Origin: Amoebophrya sp. A120
Lineage: Eukaryota; Protista; Dinoflagellata
Direction of reading: 5' to 3'
DNA: 64,000 nucleotides
Assembly: GCA_905178155.1 (NCBI GenBank)
Contig: CAJINV010000004.1
Coordinates: forward strand, 10,072,381-10,136,380
Shown here: piece after piece, positions 23,610 to 34,800 of the stretch
Position numbering within the stretch: position 1 is the first letter of the stretch
How the letters are laid out: each line of letters opens with the position of its first letter
Translations under genes and position numbers: made by a program
Notes under the pieces: generated by a model
Seen by the model: only the letters and a program-made list of their open reading frames with translations
What the model was told of the DNA's origin: nothing
Database searches by the model: none

Positions 23610-25935
23610 TGGGCAGTTTTTGGTCCCGTGGAAAGACCGCCTCCCGTCGTGTTTCGGGTTGCAAAAAAAATCGAAACGGCCGCGCTTTTCCCAGAAGCCG
23701 GTATTTTGAGCTAGTTTTTGCTACCGTGGGAAGACGGCCACCCCTCGTGTTTCGGGTCGCCAAAAAAAATCGAAAAAGCCGCGCTTTTCCCGGAAACCGT
23801 TTGAGCTAGTTTTTGCTACCATGGGAAAACGGCCACCCCTCGCGTTTCGGGTTGCCAAAAAATTCGAAAAAGCAGCGCTTTTCCCAGAAGCCGTTAGTTT
23901 GAGCTAGTTTTTGCTACCGTGGGAAGACGGCCACCCCTCGTGTTTCGGGTTGCCAAAAAAATCGAAAAAGCAGCGCTTTTCCCAGAAGCCGTTTCGGCTA
24001 GTGCTTTTTGCTGCCGTGGGAAGACGGCCACCCGTCGTGTTTCGGGTTGCCAAAAAGTCGAAAAAGCAGCACTTTTCCCAGCAACTGTTAACTATGGCTA
24101 GTTTTTGCTAGCGTGGGAAGACGGCCACCCGTCGTGTTTCGGGTTGCCAAAAGAATCGAAAAAGACGCGCTTTTCGCAGAAGCTGTTATGCCTAGTTTTT
24201 GCGAGCGTGGGAAGACGGCCACCCGTCGTGTTTCGAATTGCCAAAAGCTCGAAAAAGCAGCGCTTTTCCCAGAAGCCGTTTCGGCTAGTGCTTTTTGCTG
24301 CCGTGGGAAGACGGCCACCCGTCGTGTTTCGGGTTGCCAAAAGAGTCGAAAAAGAAGCGCTTTCCGCAGAACCTGTTATGGCTAGTTTTTGCTAGCGTGG
24401 GAAGACGGCCACCCGTCGTGTTTCGGGTTGCCAAAAGCTCGAAAAAGCAGCGCTTTTCCCAGCAGCGGTTTCGGCTAGTGTTTTTTGCTGCCGTGGGAAG
24501 ACGGCCACCCGCCGTGTTTCGGGTCGCCAAAAAGTCGAAAAAGCAGCACTTTTAACAGAAACTGTTATGGCTAGTTTTTGCTAGCGTGGGAAGACGGCCA
24601 CCCGTCGTGTTTCGGGTTGCCAAAAGAGTCGAAAAAGAAGCGCTTTTCGCAGAAGCTGTTATGGCTAGTTTTTGCTAGCGTGGGAAGACGGCCACCCGTC
24701 GTGTTTCGGGTAGTTGCCAAAAGCTCGAAAAAGCAGCGCTTTTCCCAAAAGCCTTTTCGGCTAGTGCTTTTTGCTGCCGTGGGAAGACGGCCACACGTCG
24801 TGTTTCGGGTTGCCTAAAAGTCGAAAAAGCAGCACTTTTCCCAGAAGCGGTTTCGGCTAGTGCTTTTTGCTGCCGTGGGAAGACGGCCACCCGTCGTGTT
24901 TCGGGTTGCCAAAAGAGGCGAAAAAGAACCGCTTCTCGCAGTAGCTGTCATGGCTAGTTTTTGCTAGCGTGGGAAGACGGCCACCCGTCGTGTTTCGGGT
25001 TGCCAAAAGCTCGAAAAAGCAGCGCTTTTCCCAGAAGCTGTCTCGGCTAGTGTTTTTTGCTGCCGTGGGAAGACAGCCACCCCTCGTGTTTCGGGTTGCC
25101 AAAAAATTCGAAAAAGTAGCGCTTTTCCCAGAAGCCGTTACTTTGAGCTAGTTTTTGCTACTGTGGGAAGACGGCCACCCCTCGTGTTTCGGGTTTCCAA
25201 AAAATTCGAAAAAGCAGCGCTTTTCCCCGAAACCGTTTGAGCTAGTTTTTGCTACCTTGGGAAGTCGGCCACCCCTCGTGTTTCGGGTTGCCAAGAAAAT
25301 CAAAAAAGCAGCGCTTTTCCCAGAAGCCGTCTGAGCTAGTTTTTGCTACCGTGGGAAGTCGGCCACACCTCGTGTTTCGGGTTGCCAAAAAAATCAAAAA
25401 AGCAGCGCTTTTGCCAGAAGCAGTTTGAGCTAGTTTTTGCTACCGTGGGAAGTCGGCCACCCCTCGTGTTTCGGGTTGCCAAAAAAATCAAAAAAGCAGC
25501 GCTTTTCCCAGAAGCCGTTCGTTTGAGCTAGTTTTTGCTACCGCGGAAAGACGGCCACCCCTCGTGTTTTGGGTTGCCAAAAAAATCGAAAAAGCAGCGC
25601 TTTTCCCAGAAACCCTCTGAGCTAGTTTTTGCTACCGTGGGAAGTCGGCCACCCCTCGTGTTTCGGATTGCCAAAATGTCGAAAAAGAAGCGCTCTTCCG
25701 AGATGCCGTTTTGTTTAGTTTTTGCCCCCGTGGGAAGACGGCTTTCCCCCGTGTTTCGGGTTGGCAAAGAGGGGGAGAAGCAGCGCTACTCCCAGATGTA
25801 GGCGTTTTAGCAGGTTTTTGCTACTGTGAGAAGGCAGCCTTCCGTCGTGTTTTGGGTTGCCAAAAAGAAGAAAAAGCAGCGCTTCTTCCAGAAGTCGTTA
25901 TTTTGGTTAGCTCTTGCCACCGCGAGAAGACAGCG
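23610..25935. repeat. Tandem satellite, ~95-bp unit, ~25 copies
   Basis: Unit resembles GTGGGAAGACGGCCACCCGTCGTGTTTCGGGTTGCCAAAAAGTCGAAAAAGCAGCGCTTTTCCCAGAAGCCGTTTCGGCTAGTGCTTTTTGCTGCC; edge copies are degenerate. Confidence 0.95.
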
Positions 25936-25979
25936 CACCAGAGAAAAAGAACAGATATCGAGCAAGCACTTTTGCTGCA

Positions 25980-26230
25980 ATAAAAATGAAATTTTGAAAT
26001 TTCGCGGATTTTGAATCTTCATGAAAATAAAATTTTAAAATTTCGCGGATTTCGAATCTGCATAAAAGTAAAACTATCGAAATTTCGGTTTCGCGGACTA
26101 TGATACTTGAAAAGTAGAACTTCACAAAGAGCACACTACCAGTATGCAAATAAAAATAAAACTTTATTGAAAGTCGCGGATTTTCATTTTGTAAATCGAT
26201 AAAAATAAAATTTTGAAATTTCGTTGATTC
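25980..26230. repeat. AT-rich short degenerate tandem repeat
   Basis: About 5 copies of AAAATAAAATTTTGAAATTTCGCGGATTT-like units abutting the satellite. Confidence 0.7.
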
Positions 26231-26628
26231 TTCTTTTTGGAGGACTTATGATAACTGAGAAGCTTCTTCAGATGAAGATGCCGATGCACGTATAAGCTCT
26301 TGGCGGAGGTGGGGGCATTGAAGGAGATATCGATCACGCACATAGGCTCTGCTATTTGCAGCTCTTCACGGATTTCCGAAGCTAATTTACCTTTTCAACC
26401 CCGAGACGGACCAGCAATAGAAATACGCACATGATGACGACCGACATCTTCACTCACGCAAACAACGGCAGCGGCTGTGCCAACGATCTCCAACCCGATT
26501 ATCAAGAATATCGATAACCAACATCATAATCTCGAAGAGCTGGTGCTCATGATGACAATCAAAATGTTGTTCGCAACATAAAATGTATACAACACGACCA
26601 CATTATCTTAACGACAGATCCCCGTGCG

Positions 26629-29600
26629 ATGGAAGGCCTTCCCGAGGGTGTTCTGCCCTTCCAGCCGGTCATCACGGAAGCGCTGCTCCAGAGATATCAC
26701 AAGGAAAAGTGTTAGCATTAACGGTTTCGTTTCACAGATTGCAGTCATGCATCACAAATGTAGCCCAATTATATGCATTCTATGCATTGGGTGTTTTGTG
26801 ATGCATTGCTGCATCACAAATTCCGTTAAGATTAACACTTTTTGCTGTGATAATAGGGGAGGGTTGAACATGATGGCCCCCGACCAGATGACAGACGCCG
26901 AATACATTGACCGCATTCTGGACCCGGTGCTGCGCCCGCTGATCGACGACCTGTCCAAGCGGATGCCCCAAAACCCCATGGCCTACATCCGGAGATGGGT
27001 AATATCGTATTTTTGGTAGAGAAGGTCTATATTGGAATTGAAGACCTCGTGCTCGCCATGCTCATGCGTTTTAGCACCTGCAGTGCATCGAAGTAGCTAA
27101 TTGTAGCATGACAAGTTCGCTATGAGTTTGTTGGCAGTCTCTTTATCAGTATTCGAAAGAAACAACCATTCAAAATCGTCCCGCCAAAAACTACAGCTCC
27201 AACGCCCGCCCCCCTTAAACGCCACGATCTACGACCGACGGCGGTACTACGACCGCACCCTGGCGCCGATCATCCACAGTTTGCTAGAGGAAGCGTTGAA
27301 GCGCCGCCCCGCCGACATTCTCCGTTGGCTCCGGGATTTGATGAATCAGGCGGGGTTGCGGAACGACGGCTTCGACCCGGCGACGGGGGAGGCACCGTTA
27401 CCCTACCGCGACTACGTGGCCAGTGACGAGACCATGCTGCGGCTGCTGAAAGCGGCGATCAATAACGCAAACCCGCCCAGGGTATTGGAACTGCTGGTGC
27501 ACAGGAGAGTTTTATTTGCATCTGAAAAAAAACTAAAATCGGAATGAAACCACCACACTTTTCTACCTCGCCGGTAACAACCTCTTGCATGATCACAAAA
27601 GCACAGTTATAAGACAAATGGAATGTTGACTTTTTGATATCTTCACACATGACAGATCGGCGGCAGCGGTCTTCGCCAGCAGGTCGAAGCGATCTTGAAG
27701 GAGAAAAACGCGGACAAGAAACTTCCCCCCGGCGTGGCCGAGCGGCTGAAGATGCACAACCAGTTTCTGGACGCGGCCACGGGCGGGAAGGGCAAATCCG
27801 CGGGGGGCGCGGGAACCGGGGGCGCGGGTGGCGGTGACCGCGAGGCCGTCGCGGAGGAGCTGCTGCGGCTGGGGAACCAGCTGCTAGGCCGCGAGGGCTC
27901 CGCGCAGTACGGAGCGAGCATGCAGGGCGGCTACAGCCTCGGCGAACCGTTGATTGCGAAGGCCGAAGCGATGGATGCCGCGAGCAAAATCCACCGGGGC
28001 GCGTCCTTCACCCCCCTGTCAAACAAGCCGCCCGGGGAGAAGTCAAACTGGCTTCCCGACCCCGGCCCGGAGGGTCCGCACGCGCCCTACGGAACGGGCA
28101 CCCCGCCGTTGCGCGGAGTCGTGACCACGCCGGGGCGGTTCCGGTCGGGGGGGCCCCCCGCCCCCGGAACCGATGGCGAGGTACCGAAGTACGACATCTT
28201 CCAGCTCCGCGAGCCGTATGACATCGATGGCCAGGCGGACCGGCGCCGGCGGGATTTGATGCGACAAGCAGACGACATATACGAGGACCACTTTCACCAC
28301 CAATTTGGCCACCGCGACATCAACTTTTCACAAAACATGGCGGTCGGAGAGAGCCGACTGCAAAACGCGACGACGAATCCGTACACATTTTATCAGGAGC
28401 CGAAAAGCGGGCTAGCAGCCGGGGGGAACAAGGTCAAGCTGGCTGTAGCCGCTGGCGGACCTCCTGCTGCGCATCAACAACTACAGGCTGCTATGCCCGA
28501 TAAGACCGGAGCAGGAGGTGGCTCACCGTCTCGAAGCAGCAGCCCCGGTGGTCCAGGGAGTGGGAAAATGAAAGCAAAAATTGCTGTGGATCATGTTAAC
28601 CAGCAGTCAGTGAGGAAGAAGTCCACGAACGTCCGTGCAAACCCCAACGTGAAAATGGCGAAGAACGACAAACATTCGGGTACGACGTCGGTGAACAAGC
28701 AGCAGCAAGAAGGAATAACAAAGACCAAGAACACGACCAAAAGCTCCTCTCCAAGCTCTAAAGGGACAGCAGCAGCAGCAGCAGCTCCACCCCGTGTTTC
28801 GTCCTCCGACGATAGCGAATTCGTTTTCGAAGCTTTCAAGAGTAGTCTCGCAGCGGCGAGGAGGACCCACAGCAGCTCCGGTGGGGGCTTGATAAACAAA
28901 CCCATGTCGGCGGCTGCCGCGATGGCACCGTTTAGAGGGTTAAGTTCCTCGAATGGGAGTACTAGTTCATCATCAACTACAGCAGGTCCACCTCGTGGAG
29001 GGGCAACTACATCCTCTCATGGTCCTGTCGTGCCGCCAGTTCCCGTCTCCGAAATAGACCCGCGGCAGATTGCTGCAAAACGCGACAGGATTGGTCCGCT
29101 GTCCAACCGGTTGGAACTGTCGCAACGGTTGCAGCAAAAACTCGGCGAATTCACCGCGGAGATGGAACATTTGGTCAGCTCGAAATCGAAGCTGGAACAG
29201 GAAGAGAAGATGAATAAAACGGCTTCTTCTGCCGGTTCGCTTGCGAAGGGAGCTGCCGCAGCTGCGGCGGAAGCGGACCGGTTTGCTGCCATCATGGCCG
29301 CGTCCAAGAAAGCAACGGAAAAACGGATCACCGAGGAAAGGAGGCAAAGGCATATCAGTGCAGCTTCAGCTAGTACAATTTCAAGCGCTACTGCGGCACA
29401 GCACATCAGGGGGGAGAACCACAATACGAGGACAGCTACAAACGTCGGTGAACAAACAGTTCCGGCTTCCGCCTCCATGCTCTCTGCCATTCACATCTAC
29501 GAGAGTAATGATGAAGAGAACTACACGAACACGACGCGGGAAGCTCAAGCTTCTAGGATCAGGGCACCGTCTCCGTCTTCTACAAGCACGAACAAGCTTA

Positions 29601-30697
29601 CTTTCTATCCCGACCCCCGAACTGCTACTACTAGTAGTGGCGCAACAAGTGCAGCTGACCGGAGAAAAAAAATCGTGGAGCGTGCAAAGAATCCAGGCGC
29701 AGAACAGGAGCGCAGTGGCGGAGCGGCTGTTGCTTCTCGAGCAAACTTCGTCGCGAGACCAAGTATCCCGGACAAGGGCAAGGGCGCCTACCTCGTGCGC
29801 GCCGGAGGGCAGCACTCCTCGCGCGTTGCCAGCGGGTTTTACGAGGTGTGGCTCCCTGGAACAGCAGAGATTTTGAAGGAATCTACTTCCGCTTTGGAAT
29901 TGGTTTGCTTCATCAAACCGAAGCGCATGCCGCCAAAGTTCAAGTTCCCCGACGCAAGCCGCGGAGAGGACAGCATGCGCAAGGCGATGCTGGTGCAGCC
30001 GCTGACCGCAAACGCAACGCAGGCGGTGGCGATGTTTCTCCGGCGGATACAGCGGAACTTCGGCCTGGAAGCTGTGAGCCTGCTGGCTGATAATGATGTT
30101 GTATGAGAGTGCACCGCAACTCCGCGGCCTCTCCCTCATTTGTAATGCAAAATACCAAGTCCACCTCCAGGACCAGCTCCACACACACGCTTTCGCTTTG
30201 TCCCTTGGCACTGTGTGCATGACAAGTTCTGGCAGAGGCAGCCCAAGCAGCACTACAATCTTGTGGTGGAAATTCGTGATGCAAAGCCTGCAGTTTTGTT
30301 CGTTGTTTGTATTGCTGGTCATGCCTTACAAATGAGGGGGAGGGGGGATTGTGCACTCTCATATGTTGCTGGCGAAAACAGCAGCATGACAACCACACAC
30401 CTCGCGGAGGTTCTTTCCGTGGCAGCTTCAAGTCCGGATCATGGCGGGATGATGAGGCCGTCGTCGTCCTTGGCGGGAGCTTCAGGCGCGAGTAGTAGAA
30501 CATCAACTGTGGGGAGACTTTCCCGGGAAGTGGAAAATTTGGTAGAGAATTCCGTGCCGTATCTGGTGATTCTTCCAGGCCACGTGACGATCCCGGCCGA
30601 TTTCAAGCACGTGCTGCGAAGTCGTCGCGAGTGGACCGATTTCGCTTGTGGGTGTGGCGGAGATTTTCTGAGTTTAGAATCTTCGAGCGGACCGTGA
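26629..30697 (+). CDS. Dpy-30/RIIa-like dimerization-docking motif protein (~1,093 aa, start uncertain)
   Basis: EYIDRILDPVLRPLIDDLSKRMPQNPMAYIRRW and YYDRTLAPIIHSLLEEALKRRPADILRWLRD fit the Dpy-30 motif. Two introners and two GT-AG introns (26999-27196, 27497-27655); spliced length 3282 nt. Confidence 0.72.
26695..26852. mobile_element. Introner, G-like family
   Basis: TATCACAAGGAAAAGTGTTAGCATTAACGG / CCGTTAAGATTAACACTTTTTGCTGTGATA; decayed DR AGAGA/ATAGG. Confidence 0.82.
26999..27196 (+). other. Canonical GT-AG intron
   Basis: TGG|GTAATA...CTACAG|CTC joins RRW|LQR in frame. Confidence 0.7.
27497..27655 (+). other. Canonical GT-AG intron
   Basis: CTG|GTGCAC...TGACAG|ATC, in frame with the 27695 ORF. 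Confidence 0.68.
30102..30363. mobile_element. Introner family M
   Basis: TATGAGAGTGCAC..CCCTCATTTGTAA / TTACAAATGAGGG..GTGCACTCTCATA; DR TGTTG; join NDV|AGE. Confidence 0.9.
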
Positions 30698-31821
30698 ACG
30701 ACCTGCAGCTTCAGTTTGTTCGTGAGGCTGCGTTTTGACAGCACCACGGCCAAAAACAATGAAGACACAACGAACTACAATTCTAGTCTCTGTATGATCA
30801 TTTCCATTTACGTCGAAGACTCGGTGGTACCGATAAGTTTCTACAAGCTGATGAATCTCAAATGCATATTTCGTACTGCGAGATGTTTTTTCAACAAAAA
30901 TGTGAGGATTTGATTTCGTCGACGGTGCTTGCCGAAGCAAAGTAAACAGCCAAGCTATGTGAAACCAAAAAAGTCAAATGTAACTACTTCATCTAGCAGC
31001 AAGATTTAACAACTACCCGTCGACATCGTCGTTTCAAAATAAATGAAATTCAAAAGTCCCATAAGGGATTGCTGCTGCAGTACAAATACTACAAGAGGTT
31101 TTCCTTGTCCTCGTTGCTGCGGAGTTCCGCACTTCGCTCCAAGTCATTATACGCTCGTGCACGTATACGCAAAGCTAAGCGTACTATCGTCAGACCACTA
31201 AACGTATCGTCAGAGCACTTGTAAAATAAAATGGAAAGATCTCTTTGATGATGTGGTTAACACACATGGATAACAAGGTGAAATTTTAAGTTATAGTCGT
31301 GATCACATCTTCAAGTTTTCTCGTCCTGCTTTCGTGGAATGAACAGCTGCGTCGTGCTTTTATCCGTGCAAAAAAAAAGAACTTGAAGAACCGTCCTTGC
31401 TTCATTCGCCGTGTCGTCGTAAATGTTTCGTTGTCAATAAAGGATGAACAGTTACTGAACTTTCAAAATGGTTTGCTCCCATACCATCATATTGCATCTG
31501 CTCGCAACGACAGGGTTTTTTTTTCAGTATGTGACACAAAGCACTCTCTCTACGGAAAACAAACGCTAAAGCGACGGCCTATTGCGATATTGAACAACTA
31601 CAACTTCAACTAAATTTACCTTTACAACTTTTTCACGATTACACTACTGCCATAATAACTGGAATTTCTGTACACAAACTTTTTGGTCCCCGACTTTACC
31701 CAACCTCCCAACATAACCTGTGAAGACATTCTCATTAAAAAAAGCCCCACATCACTTTGACCCACAGCACGACCCAAGAAAACACGCATAGAAATTATTC
31801 CCTCACCTTATCGAAAAATAA

Positions 31822-34800
31822 ATGCCGCTCGACGGCGATGAGTCGGACCACACCGCCCAGCCGGAGGAGCTGGACTTGCTCTACGATGAGAAGGGCGAGC
31901 TCCATCCCTGGCTGTTTGCGGAAACGGACACCAATGGCAACACGGTTATTTACCAAAAGTCCGCCCCGCCGGCCTCCTTCAAGCCGACCACGCGAGGGAT
32001 TCCCGGCGGGATCAAGTCCAGCAAGAAGGGCGACCAAGCGCTGCAGAAAGAGCTCAATGAGACTCGCGACCCCGGCGGTCGGGAGAAAATTGTGCTCGGC
32101 GCGGAGAACCGGATCGTCGCGAGTTCCGACCCGGTGGGCACCTCTGTTGCCCCCGAAGAACAAAGCAGGAAGAAGCCGGGCTGGAGCCGGAACACCGGGC
32201 CCCCGCCGTGGAAGCAGTATCAAATGCAAAAATGTCTGGGTCTGGAAGATTCTGAGACTTGTCATGCATGTTTTGCATGACCCAGGATGTCTGTAATGCA
32301 CGAACTAGCATCACAGATTTTTCGAGGGCTTTCTGATGCCTACTCCGCATGACAAACGCCCTCTCCGCGTAGCACGAACTAGACTCCTCTTGCTGGTCAT
32401 GCTATACAGATTTTTTTAGAGTCCAAAGTTAGCATCACAAGTTCCAACCTTCCCGACCCAGACATTTTTGCATTTGATAAGCAGACGGACGAGGCCAAGG
32501 TGAACATGGACAACATCGCTGCGCGCGGCGGACCCACGAAGAAGCAGGTGGAGGAGGCGCGGACGCGACGGTTGGAGCTGAAGTTCGGCGAACAGACCAG
32601 GCGTCTCCAGAAATGGTGGCGGAACGTCGTCGCGCGCCGCGCGTTCATGAACACGCGGTCGCAGAAGTTTAAGGACCGGCTCGCGCAGCAGGAAAAGCTG
32701 GATGAGGAGAACGCGCGGCGGGAGGCGGAGCGGAAAGAGCAGGAGCGGAAGCGGGCGTTAGCTATGGCGGACGAGGACGCGGTGTACAAAAAGCGCGTCC
32801 GTGCGGCCTCCAAGATCCAGGCGAACTTCCGCGGGAAGAAGCAGCGCGCACAGGTGAAGAAGAAGAAAATGGAACTGGAAGCGATGCTCAAGTCCGGCCC
32901 CACGGTGCTGCAAAATGCGTACGACAAGGTGGATACCGTGCAGCTCGGGTGGCTGTTGCGGCCCACGGCGAAGTCCATAAGGCAAAGAAGAGACCAGATC
33001 CAGGAGTGGGTCAAGAAAACCCACGCGCACGCGATGCGATTATCGAAAACGGAGGCGGAACTCGCGCGACAAAAGCAATTGAGCGAAAAGCACCCCGCGC
33101 TGCTCACGGACAGCATGCAGCCGGTCGGCCACAGCTCCGCCGCCGCGCCCTCCGGGACGGAACCCAATATGGCGTTCTCAAACGTTACATTCTCAGCTGT
33201 TACATGATTTGTCATGCAAATTTACCACCAAGATCGCCACGATTTAGCTGCTTCGCATGACAAATATCCGAAGGGCTAAACAGCATCTAAATCTGTGCCA
33301 AATCTGTAATGCAAGAGGCGCAATCTTCCCCCTTTCACTTTCGCCGTTCTTACATTACAAATTTTTGTAACAGTTGAGAATGTAATACTTGAGAACGCCA
33401 TACCCAAGGTGCACGAGATGGACCGCAGGCTGCGGCAGTTGGAGGCCCGGCTATCGTATTTAAAAACGTCCCCACCCTATAGTTGTAATGCAAATCTGCA
33501 TGCTGAAAATGTTTCTTATGCGGAGCCCCATGAGAAGCATTTTTTATTCGTGTTTTGGAATTTGTCATGCTCCAATCAGGATCATATACTAGATCTGTGA
33601 TGCTGCTGAACTAGAACTACCTCAAACAGCAGTACACTACGAGTCCAAATTTGTCATGCAAAACATTCAAAGCTCGTGGATTTGTCTAGCCGACTCCCCA
33701 TCTTGACTATGGGTGTGGGGACGTTTTTACATAGGATACCGGCCCCACGACATTTTCAAGGCGATCCAGCGTATGGGACAGCTGGAGCACCGGGTGAAGG
33801 AAGACGCGGTGCGGGCCATGGAGACCATGAAGAGGCTGGAGCAAGAAAGCTCCGCGCCGGCCGATGTGCTGAAGCGACGACTACAGCAGGTCGAGCAGGA
33901 ACTGCAGGCGTCGGTGGACACCCTGGAAATCGCGCGAAACATGGACAAAAAGCGGCTGGACGCGCTGGAAAGTATTGTTCTGGAGGCTCTGGAAGCGGCA
34001 CGGACCAGTGCTGCGGCGGACGCCGAAATCGATGAAATGGCGCGGGTCAACCGCCGGCACATCGTATTGATACAACTTGATGCAAGACAGCTTTTTAGGT
34101 CTGTATCTATTGGTGTTGCTGATTTGGATGTTCGTAGAAATACGTAGTCGTTCATTTCTTCCTGTCAGAAGCAAGTACGAGTTGCTGCATCTTTTTTGCT
34201 AAGCGAGTGTAGAACCTGAAATCACTGCTTGAAGATACAGATTTCAATGTCCCATTTTCCTATCAGGTCGTCGAGGGCGGTAAGCAATACGCCGCCAGCC
34301 GCAAGAAAGGTCTGCGACAGCCAGAACCCGTCACCCTCGAGACGGTCGCCAAGGCCCGTGAGGAAGCCGAAGCGTCCGATCCCTTTTCGAAGCTCCGTGC
34401 GGTGAATCTCCCGGGCTACGCGAAATCGCAGTCGACCCGCAACGCCGGTGGCACCGGGCCGGGCGCGGCTGGTACAACTTCTGATGCTAAGAAGAACGCC
34501 ATTCACCTGACCGCCGGGCCGAACAGCGTTCTCTACAAGCTTCCTGGGCAGCAAGCCGCGGAACAGGCCGCGATGGCGCAGCCGGAGCCGAAGTACCTCG
34601 CGCCCGCCGGCCCTATCGAACCTTTTCCCCTGCAGCCGCTGCCGAAACGACCCTTTCACGAGGGGCATTTGGAGACTGCGGACGAGGACCAAAACGTTGT
34701 GCACACAAACGAATATCTTCGCGCCGGAGGGCAAACGCACCCGGGCCAGGCGACAAGGATCACGAAGCTGGACCCGGGGCACGTGCAGATGCACAGCACG

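Noticed and set aside
23610-25935. CRISPR array, or the repeated short ORFs (e.g. MGRRPPVVFRVAK)
   Set aside because: Units repeat end to end with no unique spacers, there are no cas genes, and the context is eukaryotic. The ORFs are translations of the satellite.
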